NCBI RefSeq assembly: GCF_964355755.1
Contig: NC_092675.1
Location: 27,872,912 to 27,936,911 of the forward strand
Direction of reading: 5' to 3'
Source of the DNA: Antedon mediterranea
Lineage: Eukaryota > Animalia > Echinodermata
DNA: 64,000 nucleotides
Positions within the stretch are counted from its first letter, which is position 1, and each line of letters opens with the position of its first letter. The notes below the pieces were generated by a model, which saw only the letters and a list, made by a program, of their open reading frames with translations, was not told the DNA's origin and did no database searches. Positions 1-15,000 of this stretch are shown in pieces. A program made the position numbers and the translations under genes.

Positions 1-14
1 ATTTCTCTTTACAG

Positions 15-3000
15 TCTATACTTGTGAGAGATATTGTACGAGATTGCTTAGAGAAAGAACCAAGTGAACGAACGGAAGATGAAATAGGTAACTAATAATG
101 CATTTTTACTATAATAATGATTTAATTTTTTTTTTAAAGACAACATTACTATAACTGTCAAGTTACCCATGAAGTGAAATGCCTAGATTTCACTGTGTCA
201 GTCTTTGCTCAGAATTCTTCCTTATCTGCCTGGAGTATCAATATTATTTTGTCCAGAAAAGAATCACACTTTTAATAAGTAATTTTCAGTTAGACCACTA
301 AATACATTTCATTGAATAAATACCTTTAAACTTGTTTACATATAAATTCTGATATACTGTATGATGATGCGCCACAACATTGTTAGACAATGTAAAAGCT
401 GGATAGAAACTAATAAACAATTCATATCAATTTAATTTCTCAAGGATAGCATATTGATCTGTAGAATTAGGTGAAGGTTGAAGCATTTGTAGTTTGTCAG
501 TGCATGGTACCTGAAGCGCTTAATCCCATTTACAAAAATCCCTTAGGAAAAACATAGAAAAGCCTATGGCTTGTAGCATTAGATATACACAAATATATTG
601 ATCTGTCAATTACAAACATTTACAAGCTTCTATTAAATAGATACCGTCCTTTGGGACATCCATATTGAGGGGGACACCCATATTGAAAGGGATACTCATA
701 TTGAGGGGACACCCATATTGAGTGGACACCCATATTAAGGAGACACCCTTGAGGGGACACCCATATTGAAAGGACACCCGTATTGAGGGTACACCCATAT
801 TGAAAGGACACCCATATTGAGAGGATACCCATATTGAGGGGACAAGCATATTGAGGGGACACCCATATTGAGAGGACACCCATATTGAGAGGACACCCAT
901 ATTGAGGGGACAAGCATTTTGAGGGAACACCCATATTGAGTGAACACCCATGATTGAACGAAGAACAATATATTTAATTTAACACTACAGCCCCTATTCT
1001 TGAGACACGCCTATTACATGAAATATTTGTTTGATCCCGAAGGTGTCTGTCTCCTTAAATAGGGGTTACTGTATTTAGTTATAGGAAAAATGTAATATTG
1101 TTAAGCTTAGAAAGAAGTTTATTTTGAACGAATAACTTAATGATCAGCCAATTTAGCACACCTCAATGGATCTACAGAATGGTTTATTCACTGTCAAATG
1201 AACAAAGCCGTTATTAAAATTAAAGTACAGCATACAATTTTATATTTTACAAAAAAAATTTAATAATTTTGTTCGATCGAAATGAATTTCATAATAAAGG
1301 AGATAGGATGCAATTACTTATTCTTAATTAAAGCATTCCCTAGTGTACGATGCATTGCATGTTATTATCAATAATTAAATAAAAAACATAAATTATGTTA
1401 TGAATGTAATCAATGAATACCACAGAGAGAACACAGAAGAGCGCTTTATTAAAGTAAATTACAGGACTCAGTCTCTACTTTTTCAATCAAAGTGTTACCT
1501 CTAAATGAAAAACCACCTTCAGCAGTCCAGTTTAGTAGCCTGTATTTACTTTAAAAATATTACCTAAATAATACTGTACCTCTACAGAATTTCAATTGTG
1601 TGAACAATATTTTGGCCAGCCCAAAATGCAGTATTGGGCATGTGTTGAAGTGTCCAATTTCCCAACAATTTCATTGACTTCTTATTTGGCAGTAAAAGAC
1701 CACTTTTTAATAAAATAAAAAAAATACATTACATTTTTAAATTGTATCAATTCGATTAAATCACATCTTTTACAGAATCATTTCAAAATAATTACAATAT
1801 AATTCACTGTTCTCAATGCTATAATATTAAATTGAAATTCATGTATGAAAAATAATATAAATGATATTTACATTAAAATGTATTGATAAAACTAACTGAA
1901 ATTTAAATCGTCCCCAAGGAATAAAATGCAAGTAAAATTACAAATATCTTGGCAAAGTGAATTAATTTTTTTTTGTATCTATCAATATTTAAAATTAATG
2001 CATTTGCTGAGTGCATATATACAAATTGTCTACAGCCTTGGAGGGTTTCTTAATATTGCTTACATTTTAAATCAGAATTAAGACTTTAAACATTTTATTT
2101 AGAAAAATAAGTTTAGATACTTTAGTTAGTGTGTATTTGACACTGCCGCAGCCTGTGTTAAGGCGAGACATACATGTATTTAATAATAACATGATATTCA
2201 AAAACATTTTAGAACCAGCGAATATTATACAATCATGTCTTTAATATGAAGATCTTTTATTATCGTAGATACACTGTTTATTATTAATATTATATAAATC
2301 CAAAGGCAAATTACTGAAAATATGACAATGCTGTGGGTATCAGTGGCTGGATCTCAATGGAGATAGGAAAAAAAAAGCGAAAAGCTAAATCAAAACGATA
2401 AGTAAAACAGCCAGAAAAGTTAGCAGAGTTCGGGAAACACTAGCCCTTCATCAGTTGGCTATTAATATCTATATCGGTATTTGGTGAATTTAACTTTGTC
2501 TTTTTGTCTCAAAATGAAAGCGCACTATATTAGTGTTTTTGTCAGTAAATATTCTACTACCAACTATACATACTATTTGTGCTTATTAAAAATAATAATC
2601 ATAAGAGTGAGTTTTTGAGAACTGGTCTACTAGCTTTCTTGCTCCCAAAATGTAGTGAGTTCCAAAGGAATGGTGCAGTGGTAAGAATGTATTGTCCAGT
2701 GAAAATGTGTCAAGTTTACATAAAACGATAGCTTATTCATGTTACTACTGTAGTTAAAATTTAAAAACAATTATTTATAGGTGCCATACCCTTTCTTAAA
2801 TTGTGACTAGAATGAAACTAAAGCTCCTTTATATTTAAAAAGGTAATAAACTATATACTGCCATTATTTCCATTTATGCAATCAACTTTTATAGATCACT
2901 GTAATGTTTCTTCAGAATTTATAAATTTCTCGAAAGGTGCCGAGTATTGATAACATTTTTATTGAGAATGTCAAATATAATTCATCTTGAATTTAATGTT

Positions 3001-6000
3001 GCGTAGCATGCTGTAAAAGTCAGAACAGAATTATTGGTTATTGTCTTTCAAAGCTTTCTTTTCTACCTTTAGAACTAGGGTGAATATATTGAGAACAAAA
3101 CAGTGTCAATTTATTGGAAAGGTTAATCCTAAAGTGTTGAAGAATATTTCACCTCATTAGGTGTTCAGTGAGAACTATATCACAAAGAAAGTTTATATCA
3201 TGACAAAGTTTATATCTACTGTAATATCTTTATGTTATGTTCTAAATACATAAGCAATATTAGACATTGATATTTTTATTTTCGTGCTTTAATTTTGCGT
3301 TGCCATGGTGATATGAAGTATGAATCGTGTTCCAGTGCGAACACAAGATATTACTCGGTGAACAAAGTCACGCATGAAATTAAGCTCTCAGAAAACTTAT
3401 CTTATCTGTTCAAATTAGAAACGTTAGTAATGGCTTCGTCCGTGGATTAAATGCGGACATTACTCTAAAGTCTTGTATTAAGTTTATTTTAGTATGTGAT
3501 ATTTTAGCCTTGAATGCAATTAATATAATTACAAGTAACATTTAGTTCATGTACAATATTTTCTACTGTATACAGAATGTGCAGTTTATGTAGCTATAGT
3601 GATGTCAGTAGAATCTATGCTGAATGTTCTATGCCATAGAGCTTATTACTTAAAACTGGAGAATAATTTCATTTCACCCGATTCTCTGTACTTTATCTCC
3701 ATATATATGGCATTATCTGACCAGTATAATAGGCAAATTTGGTAATACAGTGTCACACATGCATCATATGTTCTGCCTGTATTATGATACAGGTGGAATA
3801 TGTGACAAATGTATTTTTTCCTATTTATGCAGAACCAAGAATCAGCTATTCATTACACAATTGTTAATACGATTAATAATTTTTGATAATTTTATTCATA
3901 TTTCCAAGATGGCAATAAGTTTAATAGTATTAGTAAAATAACAATTATAGTTGTAATTTAATTGTTTATAGGTTTATTCAACACGCCTTGCGTGCAGTTC
4001 AAAACTAATAAACAACCATGAGTCACTACGGAGATGATTTCAATATGTCCCGAGTTGTCTTCACAAAATTATCACTAATTCACACCGAGTGGTTAAGTCA
4101 TTTGTGTACTAAATGAGTGAAGTGTGTTCGTGCCCTGAGGTGTCAAAGCGTCTTTGTTGACCTTTCCCGATTCGAAACTTGTGGGAGGATTCAAAACATT
4201 AAATAAGTTATTACAGCGTGAATTATGACTTTTATATGATAATTTGTGTGTATGACATTCAGTAATTGCACAACAAATTAATGTGTCTTTGTAAACAAGT
4301 TTTTTTAAGAAACTCTGAACTCATAAATAAAAACCTTTCCGCAATTTTGTTCATAAAGCCAAGTCCTGTAATCTGTAGTTATAGACTGTGGCATGGTGTA
4401 CCATAATTGAACTGCCTTTCTGTTGAAATAATAAAATATAAATTTAGTATTTGACAGTGATTACGTTACTTTCCATTGCTTATATTTTAACCACTCTTTA
4501 GTATAGTAACTTGGTTAGGTTTTATTTATTTATTTTCACATAACATTTCACATTCGACAGCGGGAAACCTGCCACTAACAGAACGGATTTAAAATATATA
4601 AAACAATTAATTAAATAAAATATTTTTTAATCATTTTGTATGGTACTGTAGTTTGAGTTAACCAATAGTGGTGATAATTTATATGTAATAATACATTTTT
4701 ATTTAATACAGACAAAAAGTGAAATAAAAAGAAATATAAAATTAGAAAAATAGAAACAAGGGTCATGTCATTTCATAATCAAGGAACGTTTTATATTGTT
4801 TTTTTTTTATTTTTTTAAATTTTATTTTATTCAATCGAAACCAACATACTTAGTTACCGCCACTAACAGGTTTGATACAAACAAAGCCAGGGCTGTTTAA
4901 AGCGCCGTGATTGGTCCTAACATTGATCAAGAGCTTCTCTCGTCCAGTGTCCACCTATTATTATGTACTTCAGAAACAATTTCTACAAGTTTCAATGATT
5001 TAAAAAAAAGGTAAACATATAAGAGCAGATTGCGAACACATTGATCACATACATTTGTTTTTGTCATACAGAAGTATTACTGGATTTTATGCGGCACTTA
5101 CCAGCATTTACAAATATGACAATGTCAGTAAGACGGGCTTTATGCGCTGTTATGGTGTTTGCTGTTGTAGGCAAAGGTGGAACTGTTGTTATGAAAGATG
5201 AAGAAGAGGTATGAAAGAAATAAACCATTAATATAAATAATATATTATTACTGTACTGTATTACTAGAGTTTTAGTTTTTGTATATAAAAGCAAAAACAT
5301 TTTTAGGCTCTGTCTACACTATCAAACTAGTTTGACAAAAAAGTGTGATGTGCCCAAATATGGTAGTGATACGTCCAAATATGGTAGTGATATAACATCA
5401 TCATGTCCATATGAGCACATCACATTTGATAGTGTGGACAGAGCTTTACAGTATATCACAATATAGTTTAGTTTTTGTCACAGTTATCCTCAAATGAGAT
5501 GTTAACAAATTGTAATATCCCTATTTACAATGGTGCTGTAGATAGTATGATTAATTTGTCTGTTACTGTATTTTCTTAATCACAGCAGTAATAGTATTTT
5601 GATTTTAACACAAAATATATTTACTCTAGATTATAAAAAATATCAATAAAGCTATTATGTTTTCTTCCATTTTCGTTCAATAAGACAATTTAAGAGTTTT
5701 TTTTTATTTGTATTCATACTTTTTTTTTAACCGGCAATTTAAAATGAACTATTATTACTTAGTTAAAAGTATAATACAGTTAGTACTTTTTAAGTACTTA
5801 AATGTTTAGTAATTTATTTATCAAATGATATTTCAGCTGGACTCTTGGTCAGTTATTTTGAATGGTAGTGTGGTTATTACTAGGCCTGATGGCGTCGAAG
5901 AACATTTACATCTGGGTGACAGGTAATTCATTTTTATATAACATTTGAAAATGTCAACATTGATAGGTGTTGTAAATCCATCATTATGTCTATAATCTTA

Positions 6001-9000
6001 CTATAGAGCTTGTTTCCCACTAGGACGCAAGCACAGCGCAAGCGAGTTGACCAATCACAAGTGATAATTTCAGATAATCCATTGCTTGTGATTGGTTAAA
6101 TTGCGCTTACGTCGTTTCATTACGTCCTAGTGGGAACCAAGCTTAAACAAATACATTTTTTCATCCATGCTCTAAATCTATATTTACACTGTGCCCAACA
6201 CTGTGTAAAGAGGCACAATTTTTACTTTTTTTCTAATGAAAATGAAATATAAAAGTCTGAACATTATTGTTGTTTATTTACATACTCTACATCTTTACAA
6301 ATATAGACTCAAAATGTAATAACTTTTTAATTAACAAACTCAATCATGAATTTAAAATTTTAATTTGCTCAATATTTAATTAATATTCAATTTTTGTGCT
6401 TTATTACCTCAATTCATGTCAAGTATAAGAAAGATGCGCAGGACGTAATCTTATTCTAGGCTTTTCCATTAGTCAAATTCTGTAACAAGATCGATTCAGA
6501 TATTCCTATTAACATTGATAAATTTGCCCAGTTCGAGATAGAACATGCACGTTTAAATCATTTTGTATAGAGGAACAATTTAAATTTCCCTAAACCTGAA
6601 ATTGAATGCTAATTGTAAATGTAAGAAATTGACGTGCAAGATAAAATAACTGTAATTGTGTCCGGCTATCCATGGTTTTAAATTGTACATCAGCATAGGC
6701 AATCAATATTGTCCATCTAATAGTTGTATTATGCATAAGTTTAACCGAGTACATACTACAACATACAATCTTGTTTTTTTTAAATATAAAATGGCTATAT
6801 ATTTTAGTATGCTGTAAATGGAATATTTGCGCTGTATATTACAGTGTTATTAATATTAGATGTTATAAAACACATTAATTGAAAGCCTTATTATTTTGGT
6901 CAACTTGGTTCCACCTTGTTGAATCGAACTGTCAGTTTTTAACTCATCAAACATATTCAACTCATCAACATTCATTATTTGTAAAATATTTTCATAAAAG
7001 ATTATTGCCATAAATCCATTACTAATTTTTTCTTTATCCAAAACATCCACAATTCTTTCTATTACAGTAGAACCTTTTCTTTGGGACACCTAATTAGGAG
7101 ACACTGTCAAATGAAACGAGCAATAAGCATTATAATGACTATATATATAATAATCACTATTGCCAACTCTGTACAGTGAACACCCCTTTTAATGAAAACG
7201 AGCTAGGGACCTTATATGTTTAAACACTACAGCTAAACCCTATTCAGGAGAAATTCCTGTTAAGTTATCTTCTTAACAATGGGTTCTACTGATTTGCTGT
7301 TAGTAAATATTACTATTATTATGAAAGTTCACATTATATTTATATACAAATTGTTTTTGTCTTGTACAGTTTTGGAGTAAAACCAACTTTAGATAAACAA
7401 GTACACCGAGGGGTCATGAGGACGCAGGTGGACGACTGTCAGTTTGTCTGTATTACCCAGGATGATTATTACCATATACTTACACAAGGAGAGGAGAACA
7501 TTAGGAGGATTGAAGAAAATGGAAAGGTTGTTATGGTAACGGAGCACCGTATCTTAGATGAGAGGAGACAGGGACATGTTGTAATTAAGGTAGGTTTGTT
7601 TTAATTATTTGGTACAATGTTTTTCCTTATATTATTATTATATCTCTTTATTTGCTTTTTAAAAGAATTTGTGTATTATTTTGAATGGACGGATTCATAA
7701 ATGAATATAGTTTGTGAGTACATACAGTAATTCAATAACTTGTTTAAACGCGTGTGGTATAATTTTACATTGGATATGGCTATCGGAATTATGTCGGAGA
7801 TACACCAGAGTTAACTCAAAGGTATATGAAAGATTAAACTGATCATACGAGCACTTATGTTAGTTGTAAGTCTGGTATGATTTGGATCAGCTTAAGAACG
7901 TTCTATACACGCTTAAATCGAGTGTGTGCCTATTGTTCTATTATTTTTCTTATGTATGATATAATTACTCAAACATAATATGGAAATAATATCCTGTAAG
8001 TGTAACCTTAGTTGCCTAATTTAATTAAAGTAACTTATGTCTGGATTAATTTATAATATTCATGTATTATTTTTTTTTATTATGTACAAATAAATTTATT
8101 TTAATCAGTATGCATCAGTTTTGTCATTTCATATCTCATATTCATGTACTATAAATCCATCTTAACAATTATCATTATATTTCTCATTTATTATGCTTAC
8201 CTCAAATGGCTGCGTCTGACATTCTCAATGTCATTAAGAAAAAGCATATATTTCCATAATTATCCAGCCTAGAGATTTCTTTTTAGATTTGAAATTACTT
8301 CTCTAGATTGATGATATTAAACAATGACAATTTTGTGGCATTATTATTATTTTCAGGCTAAAAATGAACGTCTTATACAACATTTAATCGGTGATCATTC
8401 TCCTGTTGATCCTACTTTCGTGGAAGACTTTCTAATGACGTATAGAACTTTCTTGAGTACTCCAAAACCTGTGTACGATAAACTAATAGGCTGGTTTCAT
8501 GAACCTGATCTTCGAGACAGAGTTAGTACTCTTTTTTCAGTATATAAGCATAGCATAGCATTCTCTTTTAAGTGTAAATTTAGTCATCCCATGTCCCAAT
8601 TTTTCAGTTCTCCATTTTTTTCTCAACTTACTTTGTGTGTTACTCTAAATCGTTCTTGTCAGTAAAACCAAAATGATTTACATTTTTACATAATTTATTG
8701 TTTATTATATTAAGTTTAATTTGATGAAAATTTAAACAATTTGTGAAATAATAATATTGATTTGATTGTATGCTTTATGGCATACACTAGAACCCATATT
8801 AAGATAAAACTTTCAAGACCAAACTAAAAGTGTCCCTTGAATAGAGGTTGCCCATAGTGTTAAAACAACCTTTTATTCCTTACATCAGAAAGTGTCCCCT
8901 TAATGTGGGTATCCCCTGACTGGGAATGTCCCAAAGGAGAGGCTGTAATGATGATGTTGGATTGTAGGGATGTTCCCACTTGAGGTTTGTGGACTGTACC

Positions 9001-12000
9001 ATTTAGAGAGAGGGGTGTTAAATGGATTTTCTACTTTTCGAGTATATCTCACTTTTCGAGGAAAAATATGGCATTTATCGGTTTTTCCAGGTAAGCTAGC
9101 ACTTATAGACTACCAGCACCATTTCTGGTTTGTGTAACTAAATACTGTTATTTATATTATCTTTTTTTTTCAGGTTACACGTGTGGTTTTATTGTGGGTT
9201 AATAATCACTACAATGATTTTGAAAGTAATAGAGATATGATAGAATTTTTGGAAAAGTTTGAAGAATTATTAGAATCAGAGGTAAGATATGTTATTTTTA
9301 ATTTTAATTTTAATAATTGTCTTAAAGAAAATTTATGCCAACCGCAGCTACCAGATTGTTTTCAATAACAGTAATATACTGAGCCACACGTTTTGTATAT
9401 CACTTATACTGTTTTTATACACATTTATTCAGTTTTAACTGGAGCCCCCGTCCAAACGAATAGGCTTGTCTCATGAGGAGCCTTACAATACAAAACATTC
9501 AACATGATGATTAATTGTAAACTCTCCTAACCCAAAAAACATGTATTTTCCTAACAAACACCAAATAATTTATGCATCCTGTACTTGTGAGAATAGTGGT
9601 TGATGATTGTTCTGTCCACCTTTTCAATCGTTCTTATAAATGTATGCTGGTTCTTGTACTACCCTACAGTATAGCAAAATACAGCACTAAATTATAGAAT
9701 CAAGTCTTAAAAATCTGGCCTGACTTTAAGGCTTGGAATCAATAAATTCATGATGTGAGCACTTCAATCTTAAGCTTCACATAATCTGGTCAGCTTTACC
9801 TATCAGTTGGCGATAGTATCATATTTTTTATTGCATCTCGCTTTAGTTTTTACAAGTTTGTAATTAATGCACACTCAAAAATACATATGACAATAGTGGT
9901 TAGGTAGGTGAGTAGAATCAGCGTCAAGGCCTTCTGTTTACCTTAAAGTTTATTCCAAGATTTTCACCTGTAGTAAAGTACAATTAATCATTGATGATAC
10001 CTTTTCAAAGTATTCAATGTAAACTTAGATGTTGATAGTCAACTTAAGTGGAAATAGTCTAGCAATAAAAATCATTTATCATTTCTGTATTCTAGGAAAC
10101 ATTTTAACTCTATAGCAACTTAGATACTGGTATTCAACAAGTGTAAATAGTCAAGCAATAAAAATCATTTATGATATCTGTATTCTAAGAAACTACAAAT
10201 CTATAGCAACTACTTAAGTTGAATTAAGTATTACAGTTTTCTTGAACTTTGTTGTTTAATCAATATGAGATATTGACCCTTTATAATCAGGTAATTATTC
10301 TCTCTGTATTGCTTTTTTTCTTCAACTTAGAATATGTCTGGTCAGTTGAGGCTACTCCATATTGCTGGTGCTGCAAAGGCTAAGAAGAGAACAGTGACTT
10401 TGGTATGTTTAGCCATTATTTTTGTATGTAACATATTGTAACACAGCAGTGCTGTATCTGTCCATTTCTAATATTAGCATACATGGCTTTGTCCTATTGT
10501 TCAGTGTTTGTTTATATGTAAAGAAAGTTTAGGATTATATTTTTGTTTAGTAGCTTAGGCCAGACTATATTTATGTTACACAAAATATTTACTACTCATT
10601 GTTAAACAAAAATAATTGATAATAAATTATTATTTCTGAAGAAAGAACAATAATTAAATTGTTATTTTAAAAAGTCTGGCAGTGTTTTTTAAAAGAAATA
10701 TTTCCATTATAATGTAAAGAATCCTGATTTCTTAGTTACTTAATAAAAAAAAAATGTTTAATTTTTCTATAATAGTTTTACTGAAATGATTAATTAATGA
10801 GCAAAAACAGAAATAACATAAATCTTGTTGTGTTTAATCCGATGAAACAATATAAAAGACATATTAAGATATTATCTATTCTAAACACACACATGTGATG
10901 AATGAACGTAAAAATAGCTCGCATTAATCAACTTTATTATTAATTTCTCGGAAGGCTCGCTCCGATAGAACGTCTCCTCTATCTTTTACAATCATCGGTG
11001 GTTGGGAAAAGAAAATGGGTTTGTTTATATCAAGAGTTGAAAAAGGCTCTAAGGCACATGAGGCAGGTTTAAGGAGAGGTGACCAGGTCAGTATTTTACA
11101 GTTTCTGATTTTTTTATTTATTTAACACTTTGACAGAAAGCTTCTTAGTATCATTCATCTTCTAGATACTTTTTAGTTCATCAACTTGTTAATGATATAC
11201 ACTTGTTATAAAGTAAAACAAAATATTCATTCATTATTAGATATGGGCTCTATATCATAAAGAGTTTTTGGAACATATTTGTAACATATCTTTAATGATT
11301 AATTTAATTTAAAAGATGTATAAATGTTGACATCAGAATAACCTGTTTTACATATTGTTTTATCAGAGAAAAATATATGGCTATTCAATCTGTCTTTTTT
11401 TTATACAAAGAAACAAGTCCTAAAGTGATTATTATTTATTTGAAATAATTTACATATGTAGAACCCATATTAAAAGGATACATTTGGAAACCAAAGTGTT
11501 CCTTTAATAAAGATGTCTCTTGAATAGAAGTTGTTACTGTTAAAACATATATTACTTTCCATTCGTTTTGCGGAAAGTATTCTTTCAATAGGTTACCCAA
11601 ACAGAGGAGTTTCTACTGTATTCAGAACCTGTACAAAGAGAATGATAATAGAGATCGAGAAAAATTAAATGACAAAATATGAATACATAATTGTAATAAA
11701 TTGATTTAAAATGTTACTGCTTAAATTTTTTAGTATCTTTATTGTCTCATTAAATTACTTTTTGTAACTTCTGTCAGATTCACGAGGTAAATGGTCATAA
11801 CTTTGATCGTATGATGCACGTTAAAGCTCTAGAGATTATACAAGGAACTACTCATCTCGTTATAACAGTCAAGTATAACACGTTAGGTAATCAGTTTTTT
11901 TTCTATGACAGTGCTGATTTTAAATGTCATTAATTTAAATACTATAAATAAAAAGTAATCTCCCGTTTATCTTCAAAAAGTGTTATTTATGATGGTAAAA

Positions 12001-15000
12001 TCAGGTTCATAAGGGGAATGCGTCAGTTTTTCGTCGAAAGAGGAATTTGAACATACTGTGGAGGTGTCTAATTGGCAAAGTATTCAAATGTCAATACATT
12101 TTCACAAATTAGCGAAATACTAATTGATAAAAAATTATAATATTAAAATTTCGTTGTGATTCTCACACCATATTAATTCATTTTATATTTACTGACAGGA
12201 AATCGGGGTGGGTGGGGGGAGAATGAATAAAGATGAACAGATTTAACATTATAAATTGTTTGAATTAAAAAATTTTGGGTAATTGTCTGAATAATCTACT
12301 TTTTTTTAAAACCCATGGTAGAATTTAAGTCCACAATAAACATAATTCTATACATTTAAAAAAATATTCTACTGGAGTTGCTGCAGTAACTAAACTTGCT
12401 TTACTACAATATTGCATGATTTACTGTTGTTTCAAAGTAAAAGTTTATGCCACAGTGTTTGATTACCTAAAGCTTGTTAAATGATTTCACACCAACAGTT
12501 ACTGCAGTAGAATCATTCTAACATTGTCCCTTGTTTTTCAATTCGTAGCATTTAGAGATTTATTAGCATCGCAAGAAGGTAGAAACAATTCACGTCGACG
12601 AGCAAGTCAAGATATTGCTTTACTACAATCTGACCCTCGTGCGAGGCTTACGACCCCAGACTCGAGCGTCTCACCAGAAATCAAGGATAAGAAAGATAAA
12701 AAAGGACATGGGTCCATTGGGCATAAAACAAAGCTAAGAAAGGCAATTGCTAAGCTTAGTATACTGCCAAATAAATCCATGGAAGGAACGTAAGTTCACA
12801 TTTTATATTACATTATTTTAATAGTTTAAAAACGCTTTTGAAGTGGTATGTTAGCTCGCTAGTTACAAGATAACAAACCCATAATTTATAAATGATGATG
12901 ACTAGTTTAAACAAAATCAAATATAGCTTTAACTCTAAATTATGATTAAATGTTTCAATCCTTATAACTTCTTTTTATCCACTATCACTTGGTTGTCTGT
13001 TAAATTTACATTTGGTTTTTATATCAAATATGTTTAAATACTAATATTAAGTACTTGTGTTTTTAATTCTCTCTTCCTTATTGACTTTCTACTTCTAATA
13101 ATATTAATAATAAAAGAAATTTGTGAGTTTCTCCACCAAAAGTGCTGAAGGTGCTTCTGGATGACCTACAGTATTGTTAATTACCTAATATTTTCTTGCA
13201 AATATTTTGTAGAGAACAAAGAAGAGCGCAGGACGATACAATCTTAAAGCGGTCTACCACCACCAGCAGTCAATCTAGTGGTAGCAGCCTGCATCATAGC
13301 AGTAGTAATCCTGATTTGACGTCTCTTTCAACGCAGCTTTATGAACCAATCTGGAGCGGAATGCCAGACCATCCTGAACATGTACTGAAAGTATTTGTGT
13401 CTGAACCACCATATGGATGCAAGTACTTTCTCATACACAAGGTGAGTACCATGTTTGTTTTGTTATGCTTTTGTAAAGACTTGAATCTAGGCAGGATAGT
13501 ATATGTGTTATAAGTTTGTTTATACTATATATAGTAGAACCTAATAAGATTCCCTGTATAAGATTTTTTTTTACGTCTTCTTGAAATGCTACTCTTTAAA
13601 AAGAAAAAAAAAGAACATACTAAATTAAACAATTTATGTCTATTTTGTAAATTTCATGTGTAATTAATTTTAGTTAGATTTTTATTCTGGATAGATAATT
13701 TGGAAGCTGTGATGCGGCTGGCTCTGTCCCTGAACCCACATGACAACCCTTCCAATGGATACTAGGTCCGCACGCATGTCCCTGTCGGGGACTTCGGCCC
13801 CTTCGTCGGGACAAATCCTGCCGCCACCACTCTTTGGATGTCTCACTTTGTGTCCCTGAACCTAATGATATATAATAATATTTTTCCTTACTTTGCATTA
13901 CATTAACATAAACTGAATATATTAATTATAATTAATAAATTATCAGGAAACGTCTGCAAAGGAGGTAGTCATGTTAGCAATGCAAGAATTTGGCTTAACT
14001 GGTGCTCAGAATTTTGGACGTTTTTCACTCTGTGAGGTCACCGTAGCAAATGAGGGTCTCATCAAACAAAAACGCTTTCCAGAACATCTGCAAAACATCG
14101 CTGAAAAGCTGAGTCTGAACGGAAGGTTATTCTTGAAGAACAATCAAAGCTCTGAATCTCTGGTTACTGATGATGTTGCAGTGGTAAGTTGCATTGCATT
14201 TGTTTTAAATTATAGTGTGAAATGAAGACAAAATGGATACTATTTAGCTGAAATTTAGTGAAATTCCACTCTTCCTTGGTATTAACCATATAATACTCTT
14301 CCACCATCAATCAAGAATGCCAACTCTATTGACATCTTCAAACAGTTGTTTATAACCCATTTCTTTCGCATAGCATCTGAAATTACATAATTTCTACCTA
14401 GATCAGGCCTTGTGGTCGTAGCACTTTAGAGAAAATTTATTTTGGTTAAGCGCAAGACAAAAGAAAATTATTATTATTCTTATTGTGTGTAAAGAATGTG
14501 CCATCGGCTTGACTCATTTACATATTGCTATATTCTGTCTCTAGGAACTCATGAAAGAAGGCCAAGTGAGCTTACTGCAACTGAATACGTCCGAGGTGGC
14601 TGTCCAACTAACACTCAAAGATTTTGACGTGTTCCAGAACATAGAGCCAACAGAGTACATTGATGATCTCTTTAAGATTAAAACTAAACATGGAACAGAT
14701 CGGTTAAAAGCTTTTGAAGAGGTATATAATTCAGTTATCTCACCAATTATACATTTCATAAACCTACAGAATTAAAACTGTTTGAGGACAATTTTAGTTA
14801 CTTGCTCAAAGCCAGAATTGAACACAGACTGAAATACTTTATTCCATGTTACATATATTTTGTTCACTCTTAATTTTGTTCTGTTTTATTTTTTTTCTAG
14901 CTTGTGAACCAAGAGATGTTCTGGGTTGTCACTGAAGTTTGTAGTGAACTTAATGTCATTAAACGAATGAAGATCATTAAGTTTTATATTAAATTAGCCA

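Noticed and set aside
610-968. Repetitive minus-strand ORFs
   Set aside because: They are translations of a 17-bp minisatellite, open in three frames.
4018-4116. Alternative first coding exon of RAPGEF2 (MSHYGDDF...)
   Set aside because: No donor in the phase needed to join exon 5072, and the ORF stops early.
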